In this document: piece by piece, positions 37,854-47,513 of the stretch
How positions within the stretch are numbered: the first letter of the stretch is position 1
Layout: the number at the start of each line of letters is the position of its first letter
From: a virus
Taxonomy: Duplodnaviria > Caudoviricetes
Reading direction: 5' to 3' (one strand)
Virus record (IMG/VR): IMGVR_UViG_3300037067_015211
Span: 96,001-160,000 of that record
DNA: 64,000 nucleotides
Notes under the pieces: generated by a model
Told to the model about the DNA's origin: nothing
Databases searched by the model: none
Seen by the model: only the letters and a program-made list of their open reading frames with translations
Translations under genes and position numbers: made by a program

Positions 37854-39440
37854 TTAGAATGGAATATCAGTAATTTCTGCACCACACGAAGAACACTCGG
37901 TGTCCGTAATCCGATTTTCGGCCCCACATTCTGAACATGTTACAATTTCATCATTTTCTTCTTTTTTCGGTGTTGCCTCAGCCTCTTTTTTCTTGCCAAA
38001 AAGCTTCTTTCCCTCTGCCTTGGCTTCTGTCTTAGCCTCTGGCTGTGCCGCTGCCGCTTCTTGCTTGGCTCCACATTCCGGACAAAACTTTGCGCCCTTT
38101 ACGTCTACTCCACACTTAATACACCCAGTTGCCTGAACTTGCTTTTCTACTCTCTTTGCCCCACACTCTGGACAAAACTTTGCCCCGCCCATGTCCTTAC
38201 CACACTGAACACAAGCATCATCGCTAGACCCCTGTACCGCCTGTTCCTTCTCTACGGCCTTCTCGGCGGGTTTCTCGGCAAACTCATCTGTGTCCTCATC
38301 ATAAGATGCACCACTATCCTTGGCATCTGCCTTAGGTCTCTTGGCAACGCCAATGGCAATTCTAAGTTCTTCGTCACCACCATCAAATACCGTTTTATCG
38401 GTAATGGCAAGAGCGTCCCAAATACCCTTGTCTACAAGAGCATCCTTTACCAGCCGATTCAAATATTTTGGCGCAATCGGACGAATAAACTTAATGGTTT
38501 CCAACTCTTCATCAATGGCTTGCAAAGCCGTAGCAGAAGGCTTTTCCTTTACACGACGTTCCACACCGTACTTCTTTTGTGGATTTCGTTCTGCTTCATT
38601 GTACTTCAAAATATAAAGATGTGGATTCTTATCCGGATCTCCTTCTTCTCCCAACTCGACCTTTCCCTTTTCCACCATCTCAAAAATATCACAGCCCAAC
38701 TTGTAAGGAAGCCTTACAAGTTTAAGCTTAGACTCTTCTCGCAAATCCACCACCGGGAAAAGCCATTCGTGTATTTTATACTCTTCTCCAGACGGTTTAC
38801 CAATATTATGCTTGTAGGAATTCTTCTTGTCATCAGGGTCTACCCATGTGCCAAGAATTTGAACCTTGGTATACCGTTGAAACAACTTCTTATCGCCACT
38901 GTAATAAGGCACTTGCAAAACAACTTCATCATCTGCAATTTCAGAAGAAGACGCCAAATATCTGTATAACTGTGTGTAAGCACAATTAGCACCATCAGGC
39001 ACGTTATACGTGTTTGTCAAATCAGTGCTGGGGTGACAAAATGTTTGCACCATTACGAAATCAAATGTGCCGCCGCCCTTTTCTTTCTTCTTCTCACCAA
39101 ATACACGTACTGGAAATTTTACCGTCCAATACTTTTGGATATCCGAATTTCTTCCAAAGTAAACTCGTAATTCACCCTTGGCCTTAAAATCCGTTATCAT
39201 TCTTCCACCAAGATTCGACTTCACATCATCCTGATAACCATCAACTGCTTGTCCAAACTTTCTGCCCATTACATTTTCTCCTTTATTTTGTTTAGTGTAT
39301 TCTACTATCCAATTTTTACTTTTGCAATAGTTAATTACTTTTTTTTCATCCCAACCAATCATATATTTTATGATCGGAGCCGCTATATTACTTTCTAAAT
39401 CTATCCCAGCTACAAAATGATTTGCAGTTATTCTAAGCAT
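37854..39440 (-). CDS. putative ssDNA-binding protein with three zinc ribbons and DIPF tail (main start likely 39269)
   Basis: C-terminal ITDIPF; three CxxC..CxxCG ribbons; AAGGAG RBS before ATG 39269; adjacent to recA. Confidence 0.65.
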   Translation of the reverse strand: MLRITANHFVAGIDLESNIAAPIIKYMIGWDEKKVINYCKSKNWIVEYTKQNKGENVMGRKFGQAVDGYQDDVKSNLGGRMITDFKAKGELRVYFGRNSDIQKYWTVKFPVRVFGEKKKEKGGGTFDFVMVQTFCHPSTDLTNTYNVPDGANCAYTQLYRYLASSSEIADDEVVLQVPYYSGDKKLFQRYTKVQILGTWVDPDDKKNSYKHNIGKPSGEEYKIHEWLFPVVDLREESKLKLVRLPYKLGCDIFEMVEKGKVELGEEGDPDKNPHLYILKYNEAERNPQKKYGVERRVKEKPSATALQAIDEELETIKFIRPIAPKYLNRLVKDALVDKGIWDALAITDKTVFDGGDEELRIAIGVAKRPKADAKDSGASYDEDTDEFAEKPAEKAVEKEQAVQGSSDDACVQCGKDMGGAKFCPECGAKRVEKQVQATGCIKCGVDVKGAKFCPECGAKQEAAAAQPEAKTEAKAEGKKLFGKKKEAEATPKKEENDEIVTCSECGAENRITDTECSSCGAEITDIPF

Positions 39441-39985
39441 TATTCAAAATTTCTGATTCGCTCTCGCAAATTAAATTCTCTTGCTGTTAAATTCTTCCAC
39501 AATTCCTCAAATAATCCACGATATTCCTTTAGCCGTATTGTCTTGTTTTCTATCTCCCAATACTCCGTACCCTTCTCCGCGCACAACCATTGAGTAAATT
39601 TTTCCTGATATGCACTCCAATTCTTGCTAGGACTCATGTGCGTTATCTCTTCAAACTCTTTGCCCCAATGCCAAAGCCTCTTATTACACTCGAATCTATG
39701 CTTTTCTCGCTCCCGACAAGCCACTATGTATATCTTGTATGCATCCTGTTTGGCCTTGCTAATATAGGACAATTGTGCCATTACTCCATGCTTATCCAAA
39801 TAAGCAAAATCTACTTCTAGCGCGGATTTTAAAGCCTCAAAATCCACTTGTAGCTGAGCCACTTGTAGTTCACGCTCAACCTGCTCATATGTACAGGAAA
39901 GAAACGGCTTATCCTCTACGGTTTCTTTCCTGACAACACTATCCTTTTCTTTTGAATAGTAGTTTGCCGCTTTTTTGAACTGCAT
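39440..39985 (-). CDS. hypothetical helical protein (possible recombination mediator)
   Basis: Start moved to ATG 39985 (MQFKK, AGGA RBS); function inferred only from position. Confidence 0.55.
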   Translation of the reverse strand: MQFKKAANYYSKEKDSVVRKETVEDKPFLSCTYEQVERELQVAQLQVDFEALKSALEVDFAYLDKHGVMAQLSYISKAKQDAYKIYIVACREREKHRFECNKRLWHWGKEFEEITHMSPSKNWSAYQEKFTQWLCAEKGTEYWEIENKTIRLKEYRGLFEELWKNLTAREFNLRERIRNFE

Positions 39986-40871
39986 TACTATTCCTATAAA
40001 TAAAATCGCCCCTAGCCTGACTGTAGGCTTTCTTGTCCTGCCAATCAATATCATCTCTTAAAAACTCGCTTGCCCTTGCCTCAATTTCATCTGCGTAGGA
40101 TACAATATCAGCTTCAAATGTCTTTGGCGTAGTAACCGCACCCCATTCTGGTTTGTGCATATGAGAAGCAATTACGTGCAACAACTCCAAATATTTGTAT
40201 TTCAATTTCATTTGATAGCTACCAATAATCATACACGCAAACAATGGATGCCCAATTAATTTCTCATGTTCATTGTAGTCTATTGTACCATCTTGGCAAT
40301 CGTATGTAAACATTTTTCCGATATCGTGCAATAAAGAACCCACAATAATCAGGTCCATGCTAAATTTATTGCCGTCCATCAAACCAAATTGTTGCGCCAA
40401 CGAAACAGAAAAGGCACAAACTCTAACAGAATGTTCAAACAACCCGCCTAAATATGCACCATGCATAACCTTTGATGCTGGCCAGTTCATGAATTTTTCG
40501 CCATGATCGGCAATAAAAGCAGACATCAAGTCCACATATTTTTTTACAGTAATTTGAGAAACAAAACCATCAAACATTCCTTTGTACATCACCCTCTTTT
40601 CTTCCGGTAATGAAGGAAGAAATAACGATCTGTCTATTTTTTCTTCGACCAACTTATAGTCAAGCACCACGTATGAAGGTCGTCCATTGTAATCGTCTGC
40701 GATTAAATTCACATCAATTATTTGATGATTTTTTACCGACAAGTCTTTTTTGTCCGTATCCCAAAGCTTTGCATTTATTTTCTTGCGCTCTTCGGTAAAT
40801 AGATCGAGCACCACGTATGGTTTACCATTCTTGGTAGTATTCGATAAAATATTATTAATGATTGCCAGCAT
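39939..40871 (-). CDS. YhaM/Cbf1-like OB-fold + HD-domain 3'-5' exonuclease
   Basis: TKNGKPY..AKLWD; PAS..MHGAYLGGLFEHS; LLHDIGK; LIGH; HVIASH; YADE. Confidence 0.9.
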   Translation of the reverse strand: MLAIINNILSNTTKNGKPYVVLDLFTEERKKINAKLWDTDKKDLSVKNHQIIDVNLIADDYNGRPSYVVLDYKLVEEKIDRSLFLPSLPEEKRVMYKGMFDGFVSQITVKKYVDLMSAFIADHGEKFMNWPASKVMHGAYLGGLFEHSVRVCAFSVSLAQQFGLMDGNKFSMDLIIVGSLLHDIGKMFTYDCQDGTIDYNEHEKLIGHPLFACMIIGSYQMKLKYKYLELLHVIASHMHKPEWGAVTTPKTFEADIVSYADEIEARASEFLRDDIDWQDKKAYSQARGDFIYRNSNAVQKSGKLLFKRKG

Positions 40872-40906
40872 GTCGTTCCTCGACTTATGTGTACAATTCT
40901 ACCAAA

Positions 40907-43900
40907 CTATTTTTGCACTTGCAACACTTTTTCGCCTTTATTTTCCCTATTCTTTTTCCAAATATTTGCCCAACCATTATCCTTTATTTCTACCTTGATT
41001 GCAACAATATTCCCGATTACTAAATCTTTTTCGTGTAATTTCATGCTGTCATTCCAAAGGGGAACCCGCATTGATTCTACACCATCGCCTATCGTAAGCC
41101 AAATAAAATCATCGCCTTTGGATGTTTTTGACCTTTTAATTTCCTCTATCTGGGCCAGCACATACCACTTACCGGCCTCGCCTTTTATTGTACTCGGCAA
41201 CTCCCATTGCTTTTCTGCCACAAGATGCATATATTTTTCTATTGGATGCGGTTTAAGACTATACTCGTATAGTTCTGTTTCAATCTGTCTTTTCTTTTCC
41301 TCCGAATAATCTTCTATTTCTTTTTTCTGAATATCCTTTTCAAAGGCATCTACAAATATTGGCAACATGTCAGATGAAACTGGGGCTTTCCCGCCGTCCT
41401 TAAATACTCTTTTAGCATTTGCCCTATTAATATAAAGGGATTCTAATGCCCCCACATCGATTAATGCTTCAATTACATCACTCGATATCCCAACGCCCCT
41501 TCTGTTTGTGCGCAATAAAAAATCACCAAATGATTTGAAAGGCCGTAGCTTTTCAATCGCATAAAAAGCCGTGTTAACGCCCTTCACAAACCCTAGCCCG
41601 AGTCGTATTTTTCCATCTTCTATTGTATGGCCAAAGCCACTTTTGTTTATATCCAGTGGCAAAAATTCTAGGCCCATCCTCTTGGCTTCAATAAAATATT
41701 TTGCATGATTTTTAATCTCGTTCATGCAACAAACTAAAAATTCCACAGGATAATGCACCTTCAGCCACATACAAAAATAGCTAATAATGGAATATGCCGT
41801 AGCATGAGATTTGTTGAAGATATAAAGACCGCAATTTTCTATACTATCCCAAATTTTTTGCACCAAATCGGGAGCAAATCCATTTGCCAACGCACCATTA
41901 ATAAAATCATTTTTCCTTTTAGATAGCACATTTCCCGCGCCAGTCTTTTTTGCAATATCTTTTCTAACTTGATCGGCCTGAGCCATTGTCATACCGGCAA
42001 TTTCACGGCACAATCTCATCACTTGCTCTTGATAAACTAGAATACCATGAGATTCTTTTAAGGTTTCTTCCGTATTAGGCAGACATTTCATATCGCCAGA
42101 GGTATAATTTTTTACAAATCCATCTACGTCTAATCCCGGACGAATAATACTGATTAGTACAGGGATATCTGTAAATGTTTCTAGCTTCCCTATTTTTTTC
42201 AGGATAGATGTAGTGTTGTGGTTTTCCATCTGAAATACGCCGATTGTATTGCCCTTGCCAAACTCTTCAAATATTTGCTCATCGGCCTCCATATCCAGCT
42301 TGTACAAATCAGTGTATTGTTTTCCAATCATATTGCATGTTTGAATAATGGCCGGTAAATTAGAAAGGCCCAGCACGTCTAGCTTTAAATACCCCATTTT
42401 TTCCAGCCAAGTTCCTTCATATGATGTAATGATTTCATTGGAAACTTTTGCTATGGGCACCGCATCCTTGTCGGGCAAAATAGCTATACCAGAAGCGTGG
42501 GTAGAGTTGCCTCGTATTTTACCACAAATAACCATTGCATAATCGTATGCTTTTTTGAATGTGGAGTCGTTATGATATTTTTTCTTTACCTCTTCGTTTT
42601 CATTTAACTCTTCTTGCAAAGAATCTGTAGAAAAAGACTTGGTAATATTCTGTTCCGACATGGGCAGACCGAAAAACCTAAATGAATCCTTTAGGGCCAT
42701 CCTTGCCGCACACTGAAGAAATGTACCAATTTTGACTACCTTATCGCCATATTTACTGGCCAACAACTCACAGGCTTTTGTTCTATCGGAATAGTCAATA
42801 TCGATATCGGGCAATGATACTCTATCTGGGTTGATAAACCGCTCGAAATAAAGCCCGTATTTAATGGGATCTACCCTTGTGATATCCAAACAATATGATA
42901 CTAAACACCCTACTGCTGACCCTCTGCCCGGCCCCGTCTCTACGCCATTCTCGTGCATATGTTTTACGACATCGGCAACGAGAAGAATATACTCTACAAA
43001 TCCATTTTTTTCGATAACCGACACTTCATTTTTTAGCCTATCTAAATACTGTGCAGATTTATTTTTGTCAATAAAACCATCTGCAATAAGTCTTCTGAAG
43101 CCCTGCATAGTACGACTTTTAAATTCATGCACCGTATCAGAATATTCCATTTGGAACATCTTCAGCTTTTTGTCAAAATCAAAGTTTTCCACCTTCTCGG
43201 CTATCTGGCTAGTGCTTGCAAATAATTTGTCGAGCGTCTTGGCGTCTACCTCGTAACCGTAAATTTTGCTATCTGCTCTAATTTGTCTTTCACCCTTTAC
43301 CCAAAGTTCTTTGCCGCCGTCCCCCATTGTCTCGCCAGTTTGCCGTAAAGCCTCTTCTGCTTTTTCCAAAGTCTTATATTTTCTCAAAGCATAGGTATAG
43401 GCGTAGGTATTAAAATCTTCCTTTGTCCTATAATGAATATCGTTCGTAACGACTGGTTCTATGCCCAACTTTTCTGCCAGCACAAGAAGGGCACGATTTA
43501 TTTTCTTTTGTCTTGGGATTTCGTTAAACTGCAATTCTAAATAGAAGTCGTCTCGAAAGATATTCTTAAACTTCATTGTCTCGGCCAATGCCAAATCAAT
43601 TTTGTCCTCACCTATTAATCTAGGGATATACCCTTGTACACAGGCCGAAAGGCAAATTAGTCCTTCAGAATACTCGGCAAGTTTTTCAAAGGTGACACGA
43701 GGGACATAATAAAAGTTTTCTCTGACCGCCCAGTTATTTAGCTTTACTAGATTCCGATACCCCTGCAAATTTTTGCACAATAGAACAAGGTGGTAGTTAT
43801 CTTTAACCTTATCTCCGCCTACGGTGAAATAAGTTTCTATCCCAAGGATAGGCTTTACGCCATTTTCTTTTGCCTTGGCATGAAATAGTGGTAGGCCGCT

Positions 43901-44032
43901 CATTGAGCCATGATCGGTCAATGCCATAGCGGTAGATTTAGCCAACATACAAGCTTCGATGTATGTTTCTGGCGGCATTAACCCATCAAAAAAGCTATAG
44001 ATTGAATGGGCATGTAATGGGGAAAACATCAC
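40907..44032 (-). CDS. dnaE: DNA polymerase III alpha subunit
   Basis: PHP HAHSIYS/TDHG/NDIHY; GPGRGSAVG; FERFINPDR..PDIDID; HASG; KLDVLGL; YQEQVM; FNKSHA. Confidence 0.97.
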   Translation of the reverse strand: MMFSPLHAHSIYSFFDGLMPPETYIEACMLAKSTAMALTDHGSMSGLPLFHAKAKENGVKPILGIETYFTVGGDKVKDNYHLVLLCKNLQGYRNLVKLNNWAVRENFYYVPRVTFEKLAEYSEGLICLSACVQGYIPRLIGEDKIDLALAETMKFKNIFRDDFYLELQFNEIPRQKKINRALLVLAEKLGIEPVVTNDIHYRTKEDFNTYAYTYALRKYKTLEKAEEALRQTGETMGDGGKELWVKGERQIRADSKIYGYEVDAKTLDKLFASTSQIAEKVENFDFDKKLKMFQMEYSDTVHEFKSRTMQGFRRLIADGFIDKNKSAQYLDRLKNEVSVIEKNGFVEYILLVADVVKHMHENGVETGPGRGSAVGCLVSYCLDITRVDPIKYGLYFERFINPDRVSLPDIDIDYSDRTKACELLASKYGDKVVKIGTFLQCAARMALKDSFRFFGLPMSEQNITKSFSTDSLQEELNENEEVKKKYHNDSTFKKAYDYAMVICGKIRGNSTHASGIAILPDKDAVPIAKVSNEIITSYEGTWLEKMGYLKLDVLGLSNLPAIIQTCNMIGKQYTDLYKLDMEADEQIFEEFGKGNTIGVFQMENHNTTSILKKIGKLETFTDIPVLISIIRPGLDVDGFVKNYTSGDMKCLPNTEETLKESHGILVYQEQVMRLCREIAGMTMAQADQVRKDIAKKTGAGNVLSKRKNDFINGALANGFAPDLVQKIWDSIENCGLYIFNKSHATAYSIISYFCMWLKVHYPVEFLVCCMNEIKNHAKYFIEAKRMGLEFLPLDINKSGFGHTIEDGKIRLGLGFVKGVNTAFYAIEKLRPFKSFGDFLLRTNRRGVGISSDVIEALIDVGALESLYINRANAKRVFKDGGKAPVSSDMLPIFVDAFEKDIQKKEIEDYSEEKKRQIETELYEYSLKPHPIEKYMHLVAEKQWELPSTIKGEAGKWYVLAQIEEIKRSKTSKGDDFIWLTIGDGVESMRVPLWNDSMKLHEKDLVIGNIVAIKVEIKDNGWANIWKKNRENKGEKVLQVQK

Positions 44033-44039
44033 TCTCCAG

Positions 44040-45143
44040 CTAGGTCAAACAAACACACACATTAAAACATTTTTCATCTTCCGACATAAACAAAATCTTT
44101 GTTCTGTCTTTTTTCACAAAAAATCTAACACTCTCTTCAGCCTTGTAGTTTCCCACAAGATAACTCAAATGATTTGCCACTACACCAATTTCTATTTCCT
44201 GTACATCGGACACGATGGAACAATCAACCAGTTCCACCACATCGCAGTTTGATTCCGCATTCGTAATTTCCATTTCAGTCGGAGTAATCTTGATTTTAAT
44301 CTTCGCCTTTCCCTCTCCGTCCTTTACTACCTCCAGCCTCGACAGCGCATCCAGTAGAACGTCAGGGGCCACACTTACTTCAATTGTGTTTGTCAATTCC
44401 TTATTAAACTTTACCGCATTTTCTAAATCAATGTATTTCTCGTATTGTGCGGCCAAGCGTATAGCACGTAGCACGAAGTTCCCATAATACACGTAAATGA
44501 ACTTCTCGTCAAGCCCAATCTTGTATGGCTTGACCTTATATTTCTTGATGAATTCAAATAATTGCTTATGAATAGTCAGTTCATCAAAAAATTTGTCATC
44601 CTTGGCGTCAAACTTATATTCAGAGATGATGTAAGTATTTGATGCGTATCCCTTACCGTTTTGCACTCGTATTCCAAGCAAAGATGGTTTGGATGCTTCA
44701 AACACACTTGACGCTCTGGCTCCGTCCAAAAAGTTCAGGCCCGTTATGAAGTCCTCGGGCACCAAACAAAATTGTTCTGGTTCTTTGTATGTCAGGATTG
44801 CCGTTGCTTCGTGCAATGAAAAGCGACTCCGTGTTTTTTCACATACAATTGTAAGGTTGTTCTCATTTAGGGCAAGCTTCATCTTCTCCGCGACCTTCAG
44901 CTTTTTTACCAAAGATGCAAGAAGTTTGCCGTCGATGGAGAAGTTTCTATCGAACAAATTATTTTGGAACGAGAAAATCGCACTAAACGAATCGTCCCCT
45001 GCGATTACTTTATTTTTGTCAAAAAATCGTAAACACTTGTACTCTTCCACATTCGTTCTGGATGGAATGAAAGAAGATAGAACTTCAATCATATTTGTAA
45101 ATTCAGACACAAACACTTCTTTTTCATTTATTTGCTTGAACAT
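44040..45143 (-). CDS. dnaN: DNA polymerase III beta sliding clamp
   Basis: 367 aa, three-domain pattern (L.G+....G..YASN..; LLDALSRL; EIGV..NHL), adjacent to dnaE. Confidence 0.75.
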   Translation of the reverse strand: MFKQINEKEVFVSEFTNMIEVLSSFIPSRTNVEEYKCLRFFDKNKVIAGDDSFSAIFSFQNNLFDRNFSIDGKLLASLVKKLKVAEKMKLALNENNLTIVCEKTRSRFSLHEATAILTYKEPEQFCLVPEDFITGLNFLDGARASSVFEASKPSLLGIRVQNGKGYASNTYIISEYKFDAKDDKFFDELTIHKQLFEFIKKYKVKPYKIGLDEKFIYVYYGNFVLRAIRLAAQYEKYIDLENAVKFNKELTNTIEVSVAPDVLLDALSRLEVVKDGEGKAKIKIKITPTEMEITNAESNCDVVELVDCSIVSDVQEIEIGVVANHLSYLVGNYKAEESVRFFVKKDRTKILFMSEDEKCFNVCVCLT

Positions 45144-45146
45144 GTT

Positions 45147-45551
45147 TTACACTTCCATAATCTTTTCGTCGTTATAAGTGCCGCTTTCATAAACACCATT
45201 TGTTGCATCTTCAAACTCAACTGTAATCGAAAAAGAAATCCCAGTCATAAAATTATTGATCCTAGTATAGAGCGTATTTGCCAACCTCTCGGGGGTGGGG
45301 TTGCCCATAATGGGCATGGCCACGCTCTTATCGGGCGGATTTTGATCCTTTGCATTATGAAGTGTTTTGCCATCCCAACCTCGAATGACGGGCGTTACCC
45401 TCTGCCAAACGTCCTCTTGGACAATTACATCGTTATGGGCCGGTGATGCCGCCTTGGCCGTAACAGAAATTACTGCAATACGAGAAACACCATCTTCATT
45501 GATCTTCTTCGTCTTGCAACTAACGCGAAACCTCTTTGTGCTCAGGTACAT
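45147..45551 (-). CDS. degenerate QueD/PTPS-like T-fold protein
   Basis: TKRF.., WDGKTL, NPTPERLANTLY, VEFED; catalytic His motif missing. Confidence 0.55.
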   Translation of the reverse strand: MYLSTKRFRVSCKTKKINEDGVSRIAVISVTAKAASPAHNDVIVQEDVWQRVTPVIRGWDGKTLHNAKDQNPPDKSVAMPIMGNPTPERLANTLYTRINNFMTGISFSITVEFEDATNGVYESGTYNDEKIMEV

Positions 45552-45901
45552 TTTAACAACCTCCTAGTTAATTGATTTTTTAAAATAAGATCGACAACCA
45601 CCTTCTTTTTACCGGCCAATGTCCTATCTCTTCGAACAACATCATTTACCAGCCTAAACGTCACACCGTCAACTTCAAATAAATTTGGTGGCGTATCCTT
45701 CAGCGGGGGAATCGCCATTATCATATGATCCTTTACGGATATATAGTACAATAGCGATTCCCAAAACCTAAGCCAGCCATTATTCTCGAACTCACCCATA
45801 ATGGCCCTACAAATATTCAGCCGTCGTTCATCCTTGGAGTTTTCGAGCAGTCCATTGAACGAACGAATAAACCGCCAAACCAGTTTGTTACTTTTCGACA
45901 T
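45542..45901 (-). CDS. hypothetical protein
   Basis: 119-aa ORF overlapping neighbours. Confidence 0.6.
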   Translation of the reverse strand: MSKSNKLVWRFIRSFNGLLENSKDERRLNICRAIMGEFENNGWLRFWESLLYYISVKDHMIMAIPPLKDTPPNLFEVDGVTFRLVNDVVRRDRTLAGKKKVVVDLILKNQLTRRLLKCT

Positions 45902-46622
45902 TCAAAAGACTCTTCAGTTGTGCAACCGTAAGCGTGATTGACATATCGTCCGTCAAAACATCCGACAGCCACAATGATTTTCCAGTTTTAACTTCTTCTT
46001 TATCCTCTTTTACCGCCTTTTCCTGCACAACTACTTTTGTGTCATTGGCAAGAACTTGCTTTGCTACATCCTCAGACACTCCAATTGGAGCAGATGATTT
46101 TACTTCCTTAGCAACAGGCTTTTCTGCCGCAAGTTCAGGGATGTCCTTTTGCTTTTCCTTCGCCAATTCCGCCGCCAACCTCTTCTGATCCTCAATGATC
46201 TGTTCCTTTGTGCGCCTTTTACGTCGTTTTTTGGGTTCTTCGGGCTTAGGCGCATCATCCAAATCACCCATAACCTCCATCTGTTCCTTCTGTACTTCTT
46301 CCACAGTAGGTTCTTTCACAGGCTCAGGCTTTTTGTTCATGTTGTTGCCACAAAACACACAAACTATTACTTCTTCCGCCTTGTTTTCTTTCTCTTCTTC
46401 CGGCTCTGGGGAAGGCATTTCTTCAAGACAATGCGGACATTGCACTATGTTGTAAACCTTCGGATCGTAATACGTAAGAGCATCGTGCAATAAAGATGCA
46501 ATATGTTTGTCGTCCATTTCTTCCGGCTTGACAATAATCGCACCCTTTGCCTTTACAAAATCCTCGTCTCCATTAAGATAATCAATTGCCGCCCTCATCT
46601 TTTCTCGGTCATACGTTGCCAT
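45888..46622 (-). CDS. hypothetical protein with zinc ribbon and KRRKRRTKEQ basic motif
   Basis: CPHC..CVFCG; low-complexity linker. Confidence 0.7.
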   Translation of the reverse strand: MATYDREKMRAAIDYLNGDEDFVKAKGAIIVKPEEMDDKHIASLLHDALTYYDPKVYNIVQCPHCLEEMPSPEPEEEKENKAEEVIVCVFCGNNMNKKPEPVKEPTVEEVQKEQMEVMGDLDDAPKPEEPKKRRKRRTKEQIIEDQKRLAAELAKEKQKDIPELAAEKPVAKEVKSSAPIGVSEDVAKQVLANDTKVVVQEKAVKEDKEEVKTGKSLWLSDVLTDDMSITLTVAQLKSLLNVEK

Positions 46623-46643
46623 AGTTCTTTTCTCCTTCTAAAA

Positions 46644-47513
46644 TTATTTTATACCCAACTGCTGAAGTCGTTCATCTGAAACATTAATTTCCGGCTCTGT
46701 AACCGCGTCATTACTGTAAACCTTCATGCCCCATAGCTCTCCCAAAAACCCTTGATTGTAATATTTTTCTTCGTTGCGGCCAAAATCACCTTCATCCCAA
46801 TTGTCAAACACAATACGGTCACTATCATTTACCACAAAATTATTCGGGGATATGTTTTTATCAATCACTTTAGTAACTTTTTCACAAATATATTCTCTAA
46901 CTCTTGTGTTACGAATTTTATCTTCTTGTTCTTTGGTTAAGCTATATTTTGAAATATATTTGTCAACATCTTCTTTGGAAACCTTAACCCTTTCATATTG
47001 TTCATGAATATCCTTCATTGGCGTTAAAAGCTTTTTATCTTCATCAAGCCTAACGCCCTTCATTCTTTGAGAAAATTCATTGTCACACTGCTCGGCCACC
47101 TCATCTGATGGGTCATCATTATCTATGAAACAACCAAAGCCAAGTTGTTTCATTCTTTCATCCGATGGATTTATTTCCATTTCTTTCATAAGTCTAGTTG
47201 GGACTTGAAAAACTCGTATATCACCAAACAATTTGCCCATATACCCACATCTGATTTGAGATGTTTTTAGGCATCTTTTAAAGTTTGTTAAACCAAAAAC
47301 AGTAAGAAGGTAAGAATAGTCTAACGATGGAATAAAAAGCCTAGTAGCCCTTTCCCCTGTTTTTTGAAAATATTCTTCAAGTTTACCAGAAAGATATTCA
47401 AGAACTTTTGTATCTTTTATATTTGCTGTTTCCCCCTCTAAAAGTGATCTAACATACCCAAACTTTTCTGCATCATTAATTTTTTTGTTGTATAAATCAG
47501 CTAAAATACCCAT
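46644..47513 (-). CDS. protein with two tandem capsid-fragment-like domains
   Basis: GYMGKLFGDIRV..EINPSDERMKQLGF and GFLGELWGMKVYSN..EPEINVSDERLQQLGI; start ATG 47513. Confidence 0.65.
   Translation of the reverse strand: MGILADLYNKKINDAEKFGYVRSLLEGETANIKDTKVLEYLSGKLEEYFQKTGERATRLFIPSLDYSYLLTVFGLTNFKRCLKTSQIRCGYMGKLFGDIRVFQVPTRLMKEMEINPSDERMKQLGFGCFIDNDDPSDEVAEQCDNEFSQRMKGVRLDEDKKLLTPMKDIHEQYERVKVSKEDVDKYISKYSLTKEQEDKIRNTRVREYICEKVTKVIDKNISPNNFVVNDSDRIVFDNWDEGDFGRNEEKYYNQGFLGELWGMKVYSNDAVTEPEINVSDERLQQLGIK

Noticed and set aside
38061-38969. 302-aa plus-strand ORF and many similar antisense ORFs in the track
   Set aside because: Shadow frames of well-supported minus-strand genes, with no RBS or motifs
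45147-45551. Functional 7-deazaguanine DNA modification pathway
   Set aside because: Only a degenerate QueD-like ORF; no folE, queC, queE or dpdA seen in the window
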